A stretch of 64,000 nucleotides of DNA from an uncultured virus (IMG/VR IMGVR_UViG_3300039039_000012) (IMGVR_UViG_3300039039_000012); one strand, 5' to 3'. Counted from the stretch's first letter, positions 30,569-41,795 are shown. Numbers and translations are program-made. The notes: a model not told the origin generated them from the letters alone.

Positions 30569-32253
30569 TATTCATCAATAATATTATAAGTCATTCCAGC
30601 AACTGGGGTAATAGTTGCATATTGGGTAGCAGTTCCTGTCCAAATTGGAAGACTAAGTTTATTACTATTTGCACTAGGCATAGTCATATTAACTCCACAT
30701 CCATCGTTAATAGCTTTTTGAATCTTGTCAAGATTAACACTATTAGTAATAGTTTGATTTATTTCTTCTTTAAAGTTATTAAATGTATCATTAGTAACAT
30801 ACCCATTAAGTAAATTATTAACTTCTTCTTTATTATAAGTTTCAGATTTAGTATAATAATTTTTAAGTAAGTTATTAATTTCTTGTTTAGTATAACTATC
30901 AAATGAAGAAGTATCTCCCATTACTCTCCATTCAGTACCATTCCAATAACAAATCTTTCCATTACGATATTCAATCTGACCTTTAGCCCAATTACTACAA
31001 GTTACATTAGGAAGATATTCAGACTCTTCACCAACCATACCTGTAAGTTTACATTTATTTAAATTAATAGTACCATTCTCAATAATACCACCTTCAAATA
31101 CAAGTTCACAACCAACAGGCATTGTAATAGTTTTACCACTTAAATCAAAAGCGTAACGAATAATATAACGAGTATTTTCTTCGTTAATCATATCTTGAGT
31201 AAGAACAGCTTTATAATTAAGATAAATATTATTCTTAACTTGAACTAGATTTTCTTCATTAAAATAATATTTAATATTATCTACTGAATTAACATATATA
31301 ATACCAAGTCTTGGACGTTCATCAGAAAGACAAGTATTATAAATATTATAATCTTCACTATTTCCATAAACAGGAGTGTTGACCCCCCGTAGAGGATGAA
31401 CTCTATCAGTAGGTTCTACAATAGTCCATCTAGTATAATAATTATAAAAACCAACTCCATCATGAATAGTCTTAACTCTAAGAACAAATAATTTATGATA
31501 TGTATCATAATAAATACCAGCAGTATTACCTAAATCTGTTCTAATAACTTCATATTTATCAGTATTAAGAATTATTTGACCATATTGTTCACAATAAGTA
31601 TCATCAAGAAAACCATCAAATAAAAGCTGTTCTGCATTACTTGCATCATCCTCCACGGGGAGTAAAACCTTGCGAACTATTTTATATCCTTTACCACTTT
31701 TATATTCAGGCTCATAAGGTCTATCTTTAAGACTAAGACGATTAACATTACAACAACCCGGACTTAATCTTATAGTAATATCTTCTTCATCGGGATAATT
31801 AATAATATTAACTTTACCATTTCCTGCAATCATTTGTTTAAGAGCTTCATTAAGCATATTCCAATCAATAGTTCCATCAGCAATTGGAATTTTAGCTCCA
31901 CTTTCTTCAAGATACTTCTCACTAAGAATTTTTGTCCAATTATCATCAGAAACCCAACTAGCTTCAACACCAGCTTGCATATTACTACCTATATAACTTT
32001 CAGTTACAGATATATTATGTTCTGCGTCATAATAACTAATAGTAAGACTATTACGTCTAAATATAGCAGGTACAGCTTTACGAGTGTTAACTCTAGTTCC
32101 TTGATATGGAATCCATAGATGATTAAATCTAGAAAGAACAACAGTTAAATTATTGTTTGTATCTTTGTCAAGAATATTTTGAAGATAAGTAATAGGAAAT
32201 ACTTTATCATAACTATTCTGACCTAGTTTTTCATATAGTTGTTTATTGTTCAT
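30568..32253 (-). CDS. Putative tail fibre/structural protein (561 aa)
   Basis: Shares modules with the 871-aa ORF (DEED..., LTQDMINE) and the 696-aa ORF (N terminus); YTKxE repeats. Confidence 0.6.
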   Translation of the reverse strand: MNNKQLYEKLGQNSYDKVFPITYLQNILDKDTNNNLTVVLSRFNHLWIPYQGTRVNTRKAVPAIFRRNSLTISYYDAEHNISVTESYIGSNMQAGVEASWVSDDNWTKILSEKYLEESGAKIPIADGTIDWNMLNEALKQMIAGNGKVNIINYPDEEDITIRLSPGCCNVNRLSLKDRPYEPEYKSGKGYKIVRKVLLPVEDDASNAEQLLFDGFLDDTYCEQYGQIILNTDKYEVIRTDLGNTAGIYYDTYHKLFVLRVKTIHDGVGFYNYYTRWTIVEPTDRVHPLRGVNTPVYGNSEDYNIYNTCLSDERPRLGIIYVNSVDNIKYYFNEENLVQVKNNIYLNYKAVLTQDMINEENTRYIIRYAFDLSGKTITMPVGCELVFEGGIIENGTINLNKCKLTGMVGEESEYLPNVTCSNWAKGQIEYRNGKICYWNGTEWRVMGDTSSFDSYTKQEINNLLKNYYTKSETYNKEEVNNLLNGYVTNDTFNNFKEEINQTITNSVNLDKIQKAINDGCGVNMTMPSANSNKLSLPIWTGTATQYATITPVAGMTYNIIDE

Positions 32254-32339
32254 AATTATGTGATTAATTTAAATAACTTTAATGAGTAAACAATATAAGC
32301 ATTAGCAATATTGTTATATTAAATAGTATTCTTATCATA

Positions 32340-35300
32340 TTAATTACCAGTACCTTTAGCTATAAATACTCTAAAATTTAGTTCAGCATATTTAAATGTA
32401 ACTTTACATAGATTAATAGGCAATGTTTGAATATAACTTGTTACAAATGTTCTTATAACAGTTTTATCTTCTTCAAGACCAACACTAGTTTTAGTATGTG
32501 TATTTATATCAGTAAAACCAGTTAATTTACAAGCATCATTAGGATTATTATTTCTTATTAATTTTACAGTTATACTTCTACTAGTCATCATATTTGATGT
32601 ACTAAATAGATATAAATATTGTTCACCATTACCAGCGCAACCTTCAGTTATAGTATTATTATTATATAATTTTGTTCTAGTAACATTATTAACATTAACA
32701 ATAAAAGGTTGGTCTTTTTGTTCAAGAATTTCATTACACCATATTTGCCAATATAATCTAGGACGTCTAACATATAAAGTAATAATTATATTATTATTAG
32801 TTTTATATGTAGCAGAAAATTCTTCAGCATCAGCATTATTTCTTCCAACTAAATAAATACCGCCATACCATTTATGTTCAGTAGTATCTTCTAATAAGTC
32901 AGTATATCCAGCAAATGAATTATTTTTATTATGTTGAATAGAACCATAATATTCAGAAGAAATAGTATTACCTACACCATTCCATTTATAACTTTCAGTA
33001 ATAATAACTTTAAAAGCAATATTTATTCTAAATTCACCATTATTAATTTCATTCCAATCTTTAGCATTATTAATATATACAGTATTATTAATAGCTTCAG
33101 TATAATTATCAAAATTATAATCAAAATCTTTATAACTATATCCAAATAACACTCTTGTATTAGAAGTTATATTTGTTTTAGCACCAGCAGATTGCGTAAT
33201 ATTAACAGATTTACTAACTCCACTATAAGTTGCAGTAACAGTTGTACTTCTACTTGTTGTAGTAGTTCTATTACTATAAATAAGTTTACTACCGCTAGTA
33301 GTACCACTTAATGTACCATCTCCAGATTTACTTAAAGTCGGACTACCATTTTCAGTTTCAGTATAAGTAGTACCCACTCCATTCCAAGTATAATTTCTAG
33401 TACGAGAAGCATGACAAAGAATTGTAGAACTACCACCACTAGCAGCAATATTCATAGGACTAGCAGATATAGTTACTTGCCAAGATGTCCAACTTCCAGT
33501 AACTTTATTACCGCCATATTGCATAACATCACAATAATCAGTAACTCCATTATAATTAGCAGTAACTCTAGTTGTTCTAGCATCAGGAGATGTGTTATTA
33601 CTAAAAGTTAAAGTATTACCACTTAAAACTCCAACACCACTTGTAACAGAAATAGTAGGAGTAGCACTATCAGACTCAGTGCCACCAGAACCTGCAACAC
33701 CATTCCAAGTCCATGTTCTATTTCTTGAAGCACTACTATAAATAGTTACTGAATCACCTCCTGCCCAAACTTTATAGCTACTAGCACTACAACTTACAGA
33801 CCAACTAGACCAACTTCCATAAATTTTAGCTCCTGCTGATTGATTAATAGTAATATCTTTAGTAGCACTATCTATAGTAGCTCTAAATACCGAACTACGA
33901 GAATTAGTAGAAGTATTATTACCATAATTAACAGTTTTACTATTTAATGTTGCAGCTCCACTAACTTTACTTAATGTAGGAGTACCACTATCTTGTTCTG
34001 TATAAGTTGTTCCTGTACCATTCCATTGCCAAGTACGACTTCTAGTAGCAGAAGTAGATAATGTAGCATTTCCACCAGCAGCAGCGATAGTTGTTACATT
34101 AGCACTTAAACTAATAGACCATGCTCCCCAACTACTATAAGTTTTAGAACCAGCATTTTGAGTTACAGTAGTATCTTTAGTTACAGAATCCATTGTAGCT
34201 CTAATAACTGTACTTCTAGCACTTGTAGAAGTATTATTATCATAAGTTACTTTATTACTAGCAAATGAACCAGCACCACTAACTTTACTAAGAGTAGGTG
34301 TCCCAGTTCCTGTTTCAGTTCCACCACTTCCATTAACTCCGTTCCATGTCCAAGTTCTTGTCCTACTTGCAGAAGTAGTTATATTTGAACTACCTCCACT
34401 AGCAGCAACATTTCCACTATTAGAAATATTAACTGTCCATGCAGACCAAGCACTATATTGTTTAGCTCCAGCAGATTGACTAATGGTTATATCTTTAGTA
34501 GTTGAATCAATAGTAGCACGAATAACAGTTGATTTACCACTTGTACTAGTATTATTTCCATAAGTAACTTTAGGACTATTCCAATTACCATCTCCACTCA
34601 CTTTACTTAATGTTGGAGTACCGTTTCCAGTTTCTGTACCACCAGAACCGGCAACACCATTCCATGTATAACTTCTAGTTCTACTAGCACTAGTTGATAT
34701 AGTAGCTGTTCCACCTGTTGCACCAATACTAGTTTTATCAGCACTAATATTAACAGTCCAAGCAGACCAATTACCATAAACTTTAGCTCCAGCTGATTGT
34801 GTTATAGTAATAGATTTAGAAACACTATTGCTAGTAGCAGTAATAGTTATACTACGACTATTTGTTGTAGTATTGTTACTAGCAGTAACAGTTTTACCAC
34901 TTAAAGTAAATCCACCAGCACTACCACTAAGTGTAGGTGTAGCAGTTTCTGTATCAGTATGTGTAGTACCAACTCCATTCCAAGTCCAAGTACGAGAACG
35001 ACTAGCATTAGTAGTTATCGTAGATGAACCACCACTTGCAGCTATCGTTTGCGTGCTTGCCGAGATAGAAACAGTCCAAGCAGACCACGCTGAATACACT
35101 TTTGCGCCTGCCTGCTGCGTTATCGTAACCGTTTTGGACAATCCTACATAACTAGCTGTAAGTGTCGCTGAACGGGCTGAAACGCTTTCGTTTGATGTAA
35201 ATTTTATTTGATTTCCACTAAGACTAGCACTACCACTAATACTAAGAGTAGGAGTAGCAGTTTCACTATAAACAGTACCAGTGTTATTCCATTTATAAGT

Positions 35301-36245
35301 TCTACGAGCAATATTAGCTGTAATAGTTCTAGTACCGCCTTTAGCTTCAACACTAGTTCCATCAGTTTGTAAATCTAATACCCAATTAGTATAAACTTTA
35401 GCTCCAGCAGCTTGATTTAAAGCAGCACTAACTTCTTTAGTTTGTTTATTTTCTAAAGTAAATATAACAGTTAAAGTTCCACTTTTAGTATTAGTAGATT
35501 CATTATTAGGTATAGTTAGTACATTATTACTTATAGAACCTAAAGTAGTAGAACTAGTAAAACTAGCAGTAAGATTAACAACAGTTTCAATCCAAGTTCC
35601 AGCATAAGTAGAACCCTTGGTTATACTCCCCGTGGAGGATGCATAGTCAGTTCTCTTATATCCACTTTTAACAGAACTAGTAGGAAGTTTTAAATCATAA
35701 CTTCCACCTGTATTTGCAATAGCACTATCAACTACTGTTAATGTACTAGTATCATATATACTAGCTTTACTACCTTTAAACGTAACAGTATAACTATCTT
35801 TAGCTTCTGTATCATCAATTAATACAACTAACTTACCATTAGTTATAACTCCTTTTTCTACTCCATCAAATAAAACTTTAACTCCATCTGTAGGAAAAGT
35901 TACAGTATAAGATACATATTCTGTATTCCATACTAGTTCTACATTATGAGTTATAGGTAAATAACCACTATTACCTGTAACAGTTTGTGACTGATAATGG
36001 TCAGCTTCAATAATAGCAGTATAATTAGTTTTAACAGGAATAGTAAATACAAATTTAGTATTGTTTTCACTTATAACAGGAGTATAACCATCAATAGTAA
36101 CAGTTCCGGAAACATTCAATTTAAAAGTAATAGTAATTTCAGTATTCTCTGGATAAACAAGTTTAGAACCTTGATATATTTCAAATACATTTATACTACC
36201 AAGTTTAATATCATGTATTCCAATATCTCCTTGATATATAGCCAT
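32340..36245 (-). CDS. Tail fibre with tandem BACON-like Ig repeats (1301 aa)
   Basis: About 7-8 T/S-rich repeats of roughly 105 aa with AxGG, RTWTWNG, NNTST..RS and ITQSAGAK signatures; BACON arrays are known in crAss phages. Confidence 0.8.
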   Translation of the reverse strand: MAIYQGDIGIHDIKLGSINVFEIYQGSKLVYPENTEITITFKLNVSGTVTIDGYTPVISENNTKFVFTIPVKTNYTAIIEADHYQSQTVTGNSGYLPITHNVELVWNTEYVSYTVTFPTDGVKVLFDGVEKGVITNGKLVVLIDDTEAKDSYTVTFKGSKASIYDTSTLTVVDSAIANTGGSYDLKLPTSSVKSGYKRTDYASSTGSITKGSTYAGTWIETVVNLTASFTSSTTLGSISNNVLTIPNNESTNTKSGTLTVIFTLENKQTKEVSAALNQAAGAKVYTNWVLDLQTDGTSVEAKGGTRTITANIARRTYKWNNTGTVYSETATPTLSISGSASLSGNQIKFTSNESVSARSATLTASYVGLSKTVTITQQAGAKVYSAWSAWTVSISASTQTIAASGGSSTITTNASRSRTWTWNGVGTTHTDTETATPTLSGSAGGFTLSGKTVTASNNTTTNSRSITITATSNSVSKSITITQSAGAKVYGNWSAWTVNISADKTSIGATGGTATISTSASRTRSYTWNGVAGSGGTETGNGTPTLSKVSGDGNWNSPKVTYGNNTSTSGKSTVIRATIDSTTKDITISQSAGAKQYSAWSAWTVNISNSGNVAASGGSSNITTSASRTRTWTWNGVNGSGGTETGTGTPTLSKVSGAGSFASNKVTYDNNTSTSARSTVIRATMDSVTKDTTVTQNAGSKTYSSWGAWSISLSANVTTIAAAGGNATLSTSATRSRTWQWNGTGTTYTEQDSGTPTLSKVSGAATLNSKTVNYGNNTSTNSRSSVFRATIDSATKDITINQSAGAKIYGSWSSWSVSCSASSYKVWAGGDSVTIYSSASRNRTWTWNGVAGSGGTESDSATPTISVTSGVGVLSGNTLTFSNNTSPDARTTRVTANYNGVTDYCDVMQYGGNKVTGSWTSWQVTISASPMNIAASGGSSTILCHASRTRNYTWNGVGTTYTETENGSPTLSKSGDGTLSGTTSGSKLIYSNRTTTTSRSTTVTATYSGVSKSVNITQSAGAKTNITSNTRVLFGYSYKDFDYNFDNYTEAINNTVYINNAKDWNEINNGEFRINIAFKVIITESYKWNGVGNTISSEYYGSIQHNKNNSFAGYTDLLEDTTEHKWYGGIYLVGRNNADAEEFSATYKTNNNIIITLYVRRPRLYWQIWCNEILEQKDQPFIVNVNNVTRTKLYNNNTITEGCAGNGEQYLYLFSTSNMMTSRSITVKLIRNNNPNDACKLTGFTDINTHTKTSVGLEEDKTVIRTFVTSYIQTLPINLCKVTFKYAELNFRVFIAKGTGN

Positions 36246-36248
36246 AAT

Positions 36249-37043
36249 TTAAGCATCTGATTTAACTATATAAGTAGTATTGTTATCTTTTTGTGCAATA
36301 GCCGCATATTGAACAGCAGTACCAATCCATATTTTAGGATTAACTATTGGCTCAACAGTAAGAGCAGATAATCTATAAAGAGTTTGGTCAATTACTTGAA
36401 TAGTATTATAAGTATAAGCTCCTGTATTATCAATAGTAACATGCCCTATATACGTATCTGCATCCCATACTATTACAATTACACTACCACTAACTCTAAC
36501 ACTATATTTTCCATTATCATCATAAAATATAGAATTAGGTTTATTAATGGCAGAAGTAAATCCATTAAAATTAGTAAATATAGAATTTATAGCAGTTAAT
36601 ACTTCTCCTTCAGTAGCACTATTAAGTATTTTAGTAATTATAACTCCAATATTATAATTATTAACAAGAGAAAGACTACCTATAGCTACAAAAGTATTAA
36701 TACTTTTTGTTTCTTCACCACCAACTCTAGCTATACCTTTATCCCAACTTAAATCAATTTTATTAATTCCACCAGCAGAAAAATAAGTAATTGTAGCACT
36801 AATATCGTTACTACCTACAACAATTCTGTCAAAATTAATTCTATTATTATTGTTATCGATAGCAATAATACTTCCACCTTTTAACAGTATTTCTTTTACT
36901 TCATCAAAAGTTTTATCGCAAGTAAATTCTTTTTGTCCATTAGTATATATTCCAGTAGGAACAGTTATAACTACACCATAAACAGGAATAAATCCTTCAG
37001 GTGTATTTTTTCTTTCATATAATTGTTGATTAATATCTTGCAT
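36249..37043 (-). CDS. Putative fibre adaptor protein
   Basis: Likely start MQDIN; C-terminal IWIGTAVQYAAI...TTYIV motif. Confidence 0.5.
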   Translation of the reverse strand: MQDINQQLYERKNTPEGFIPVYGVVITVPTGIYTNGQKEFTCDKTFDEVKEILLKGGSIIAIDNNNNRINFDRIVVGSNDISATITYFSAGGINKIDLSWDKGIARVGGEETKSINTFVAIGSLSLVNNYNIGVIITKILNSATEGEVLTAINSIFTNFNGFTSAINKPNSIFYDDNGKYSVRVSGSVIVIVWDADTYIGHVTIDNTGAYTYNTIQVIDQTLYRLSALTVEPIVNPKIWIGTAVQYAAIAQKDNNTTYIVKSDA

Positions 37044-37095
37044 AACTTTATAAACTTTAAATGGTGGCACTTATTCAGTACCACCATGATTAATA

Positions 37096-39177
37096 TTAAG
37101 TTGTTTTCTTTTTAATAACAAATTCATAACCAGCAGGAATTAAAGCTTTAATAGCATCAGCAATAGCTTTATCAACTTCGGCTTTAGTATAAGTATTTTC
37201 TACTGTTGGAACATCATTAAACTTATTATTAATTTCTTCTTTAGTATAAGTATTATTAGCAAGTTCAGTAATCTGATTAGGTAAAGTTTCATCAAGTTTA
37301 ACTTTATCAGCAGCAGACATACTACCATTAGCAGTTTTACTAGCATTATTTAAAATAAGACCAACAGGAGATGGAGTATTATATAGATTTGTATCATTAT
37401 TTTTAATAGATTTACTATATATAATTTTAAGTCCTTCTGCTGTTTGTTCAACTCTATCTAGTCTACTAACAAGTTCATTAGATAAACTATTGACAATATC
37501 AGTAGTTTTCTTACCTTTACCGCCATCGTAAGCAGTACCTGTAACTTCACCTAAAGCTAAAGTTTCAGATATAACTGAATATTTAGTTCCAGACCAACGA
37601 TAAGTCTTACCACTATATTCAGTATCTTCACTTATATCAACATAAATTTTACCTTTTTCAGGAGTATAATATACAGGAGCATCTTCTATATACTTTTCAG
37701 CAAAATGAGTTTCGTCAACATAATATCCTTCAAGAACATCATCAACATAACTAGGTAATTGACTTGCTGGAACTTTACCATCGCCATCAAGACTAGCAAT
37801 ACCATTTGCTACACCACGTTTAGCTTCAATAGCTTCATTACAGAATTGAATAATCTTCTCTTTAATAATAGGATAATTATCTATATTACTAAGGATATGT
37901 TCAACTGTAGATTCAACCTTATTCTCAATAACAACTTTAAGGTTAGGATGATTATCAATATTATCAAAGATATTTTCTATATTACCTTTAATAACATTAA
38001 GTAGTTCAGTAAAGTTATTAATATGTTCAAATATATAAGTAACTCTAGCTTCTACTTTAGTTTCAATAAGATTCTTAAGAATAGGAAATCTATCAATATT
38101 ATTGAAAATATAATCAACTCTACTATTTACAGCATTATTAATACAAGTAACAAGAGCTGGATAATTATTAATATTAGCAAATATATTCTTAACACAATTA
38201 CAAACTAAATCAGAAAGAATACCAATAAGTTCAGGATAATTATTAATATTATTAAATATATAATCTACTCGTTCATTAACATTATTTTGAATAGCTTCTT
38301 GTAATTCTGGATATTGACCTATATTCTTAAATATATCAACTACTTTATCAACAGTATTATTAATAATAAGATTCTTAATATTAGGATAACTATCAATATT
38401 ATCAAATATATTATTAATAGTAGTTTCTACATGAGAATTAATAGCATTAGTAATAAATTGACTAAGAGCAGGATAAGAAGAAATATTATTAAAGATAGAT
38501 TCAGTCCATTGTTTAATATATTGATTAAATATCTCTTTAAGCTCAGGATATTCATTAATATTATTAAATATATCTCTAATAATAATAGGCAAACTTTCAA
38601 CTGTACTATTCTTAATAATTTCAACTAGTTTAGGATAATTATTAATATTATTAAATACATTTATAACAAACTCGTTAATAAAACTAGTAATAACATCAAG
38701 AAAATCTTTATAATCACCTATATTAGTAAATATTTCTTCAAGAGCTTCAGACAAATCTTTAATAACAGTATCAAAAGACCATCCTTCCCAATTGTCAGGA
38801 TTAGTCCAAGCTTCATCACTAATATCATCACTATTATATCGTTGAGTCCAATTAACATTAGTTTCATCACGATATGTTATAATATATCCTTTACGACGAT
38901 AAATTTTATCAAGTTTATTAACAGTATCGGCAAAAGTACCTTCCCAAGTTAAATAAATACTATTACAAGCGGCAAGTATTCTATCTAATCTTGTTCCAGT
39001 TACACCATCAAAAATAGCTTGAATAACAGTCAAAGGATAAATATTATATCTAGTATCAGTTTCTTCACAATACTTATCTAGTATATGAATCGGCATATTG
39101 CCTTCTTTATCACATTGAACTTTACTAGGATCAAAAGATTGGCAATTAGTACCAACAAAAACATTCTCTTCTAACAT
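37096..39177 (-). CDS. Structural/fibre protein with 12 helical repeats
   Basis: IFNNINNYPxL-type repeats; GIASLDGDGKVPASQLPSYVDDVLE fibre motif. Confidence 0.65.
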   Translation of the reverse strand: MLEENVFVGTNCQSFDPSKVQCDKEGNMPIHILDKYCEETDTRYNIYPLTVIQAIFDGVTGTRLDRILAACNSIYLTWEGTFADTVNKLDKIYRRKGYIITYRDETNVNWTQRYNSDDISDEAWTNPDNWEGWSFDTVIKDLSEALEEIFTNIGDYKDFLDVITSFINEFVINVFNNINNYPKLVEIIKNSTVESLPIIIRDIFNNINEYPELKEIFNQYIKQWTESIFNNISSYPALSQFITNAINSHVETTINNIFDNIDSYPNIKNLIINNTVDKVVDIFKNIGQYPELQEAIQNNVNERVDYIFNNINNYPELIGILSDLVCNCVKNIFANINNYPALVTCINNAVNSRVDYIFNNIDRFPILKNLIETKVEARVTYIFEHINNFTELLNVIKGNIENIFDNIDNHPNLKVVIENKVESTVEHILSNIDNYPIIKEKIIQFCNEAIEAKRGVANGIASLDGDGKVPASQLPSYVDDVLEGYYVDETHFAEKYIEDAPVYYTPEKGKIYVDISEDTEYSGKTYRWSGTKYSVISETLALGEVTGTAYDGGKGKKTTDIVNSLSNELVSRLDRVEQTAEGLKIIYSKSIKNNDTNLYNTPSPVGLILNNASKTANGSMSAADKVKLDETLPNQITELANNTYTKEEINNKFNDVPTVENTYTKAEVDKAIADAIKALIPAGYEFVIKKKTT

Positions 39178-39179
39178 AA

Positions 39180-41795
39180 TTACCAAGGATTAGAAACACG
39201 TTTAATATAATGTAAAGCAACAGTAGGTAATAGTTTATTAATAGCAAGATAATTTCCTGTCCAATTATCTGTACTAATTTGTGCCCACACCATTTCACCA
39301 TTTCTACTAATATTAGGTCCAGTCATATACCAATTGGTATTTTTATTAATATTTAAATCCCAATAATTAGTTTTAGTAGTACCATAAGGATAAGTATTTT
39401 TACAATCTTGATCCAAAGATCTACCATGATCATTTGCTCGCCAGTTACTAGGAACTACAACATGATGATTACCATCACCACATTTACCAGAACTAGCGGC
39501 AATTGCATGTTGATGTAATGGTAAATCAGTACCACCAATATAAAAACCGTAAGCTCCAATATTTAAACCAGGAGTAGCAGGGTCATAAGTATCACCTACA
39601 TTTTTAAGAACAGTACTCCAATCAAGAGTATTTTGTTTAGGATTATTATAAATATTAATACCACCACCTATATGACCCATAACAAATCGTCCTTGAGCAG
39701 CAGTATATATTTCCCAACCTGTTGGAGGTGTAGTAGTATCCCAAAGCATAATAGAACCAATAGGCATAACAGCAGCAATCCAAGTTTGTACTTGAGTAGC
39801 AGTTACTCCACCTGTTGTTCCTCCTCCACCACCTGAGCCAAATCCATCATTTACTAATTTATTTTTAATATCTGTATAAAGAGTATTAAAATCAACATCA
39901 AGTCTACTAGGTTTAGTTTCACTATCAGCAAATTTACTCATAGTAAGATATTTACCTGTTCTAGCTTCACCGAGTTGAGTAGTAGACATAACATTATGAG
40001 TGCCATCTCCACCACTTCCTCCACCGCCTTCAATACCAGCAATGATATCATTAATTTCAGACTTAGTATAATAATTATTAAGCATAGAATTAACAATATC
40101 TCTTACTTCTTGTTCGGTTAATCCACCGCCGCCAGAACCACCACCTGTAGCATTAATAGTAATAGTACCATCAGAGTTTTCAACAAAAGTAATATTAGTA
40201 CCAGCTTTAATCATGTTCTTAAACATAGAAACATAATTATCTTCAAAATATTGTTTATACTCATTACTTATGTTACCACCACTTTGGTCTATCTTATTAA
40301 GAATCTCTTCAATCTTATTATTAATATATTGTTCTAGATTATTAATACTACCTTCTACACTACTATTTAAATCTCCAATCTTATTATAAATATCAGTAAA
40401 TTTAGCGTTATATTCAGTAATAAGATTATCTATTCTAGTATTAATATTAGAAACTTCTTGTTGAAGATTACTTATCTGTTGGTCATGAAGTTCAAGATGT
40501 TCATTAATCTTTCTAAGTTCTTCAAGAAGCCAAGCATAGAACTTTTCCATTTCTTCTCTTAACTTCTCTAAGAAAGCTTCAAATTCAGCACGAGTAAGAT
40601 AAACAGATAAATCAAAACCCATACTTACCCATTTTTCTCCATCCCAAAACCAATAAAAATCATTGGTATAAGAACCACCCCAACCTGTAATTTCAACTTG
40701 TTTATTATCTTCGCCTAAATCAAGAGGATGATAAAGTATTTGACCTTTAGCCCAATCACCATCTAAAGATATAGTTTCTTTATCAAACATATCTTCCTGA
40801 CGATAATTACTAAGAAGTCTACATTTATTTAGTTTAACAGCTCCATCATATAATCTACCACCTCTCCAAAGAATTATACTATCATCTGGAAGTTCAATAG
40901 TTTGTCCAGCTAAACAATAATCATATTGAAGTATATAAATAGTATTAGGCTCGTTAATCATATCTTGAGTAAGAGTATTAACACCACTAATCATATTTTT
41001 ACGAAGATATTTACGAGCCTTTCCACTATAATCATTTACATTATAGTCTTTATCTGCAAATTTAAGTAGATTATCAACAACAGTTAAATCTTCTTCATCA
41101 GCAGCGTTAGTAATCTGAGAAGCAGTAAACATTTGTTTAACAGATTCACTAAGCATATCAGGAGTAATCTGACCTTCAAGTATTTGAACAGCATTATCTT
41201 CAAAATACTGTTTAAGTACTTGTGTCATATAATTAACTACTACGTTACGACGAAGATAATTATCTTGTATATTAATACCAAATTCATCAGCAACAGCACG
41301 TTCTGCAATTGCTCTTGGAAACATACCACTAAAAGATTCTACAAATTTAGAACCAATTTCAGAATCAGCCTCAAGATGCCATTTCTTAGCATTATTAACA
41401 GGAGTTATTTCATCAAGTATATAACTCTTTTTAGTTTCAATAACATAAACTTCACAACCTACTCCAATTTGTTCCCAAGTAAGAGCATCTCTATCTTCCA
41501 TTGTAGATACTACAATTCTAGCAGCTTTAAGCCCTCTTTGAACAACAGCAATAAGTTCAAGTATTTCTTTCTTAAAGGTTTCATAATCAATAACTAAATC
41601 TTCTCGAAGTTTAGCAATAGGTTGCCAATATTCTTCATTAGGTAATGGAATACCAGCAGGAGTAGCTTTACGAGAAATATAGCTAGCATAGAAACCATCA
41701 TGAACTATACATAGTCTATCGTAAGGTCTATCAGGACTCCATTGACCATTACAAGTAAGACTAACTTTACCAAGTTCTTTTTCTATTGTTTCCAT
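39180..41795 (-). CDS. Tail fibre with coiled coil and tail-collar-like domain (871 aa)
   Basis: MPIGSIMLWDTTTPPTGW...GRFVMG collar motif, Gly linkers, HQH motif. Confidence 0.75.
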   Translation of the reverse strand: METIEKELGKVSLTCNGQWSPDRPYDRLCIVHDGFYASYISRKATPAGIPLPNEEYWQPIAKLREDLVIDYETFKKEILELIAVVQRGLKAARIVVSTMEDRDALTWEQIGVGCEVYVIETKKSYILDEITPVNNAKKWHLEADSEIGSKFVESFSGMFPRAIAERAVADEFGINIQDNYLRRNVVVNYMTQVLKQYFEDNAVQILEGQITPDMLSESVKQMFTASQITNAADEEDLTVVDNLLKFADKDYNVNDYSGKARKYLRKNMISGVNTLTQDMINEPNTIYILQYDYCLAGQTIELPDDSIILWRGGRLYDGAVKLNKCRLLSNYRQEDMFDKETISLDGDWAKGQILYHPLDLGEDNKQVEITGWGGSYTNDFYWFWDGEKWVSMGFDLSVYLTRAEFEAFLEKLREEMEKFYAWLLEELRKINEHLELHDQQISNLQQEVSNINTRIDNLITEYNAKFTDIYNKIGDLNSSVEGSINNLEQYINNKIEEILNKIDQSGGNISNEYKQYFEDNYVSMFKNMIKAGTNITFVENSDGTITINATGGGSGGGGLTEQEVRDIVNSMLNNYYTKSEINDIIAGIEGGGGSGGDGTHNVMSTTQLGEARTGKYLTMSKFADSETKPSRLDVDFNTLYTDIKNKLVNDGFGSGGGGGTTGGVTATQVQTWIAAVMPIGSIMLWDTTTPPTGWEIYTAAQGRFVMGHIGGGINIYNNPKQNTLDWSTVLKNVGDTYDPATPGLNIGAYGFYIGGTDLPLHQHAIAASSGKCGDGNHHVVVPSNWRANDHGRSLDQDCKNTYPYGTTKTNYWDLNINKNTNWYMTGPNISRNGEMVWAQISTDNWTGNYLAINKLLPTVALHYIKRVSNPW

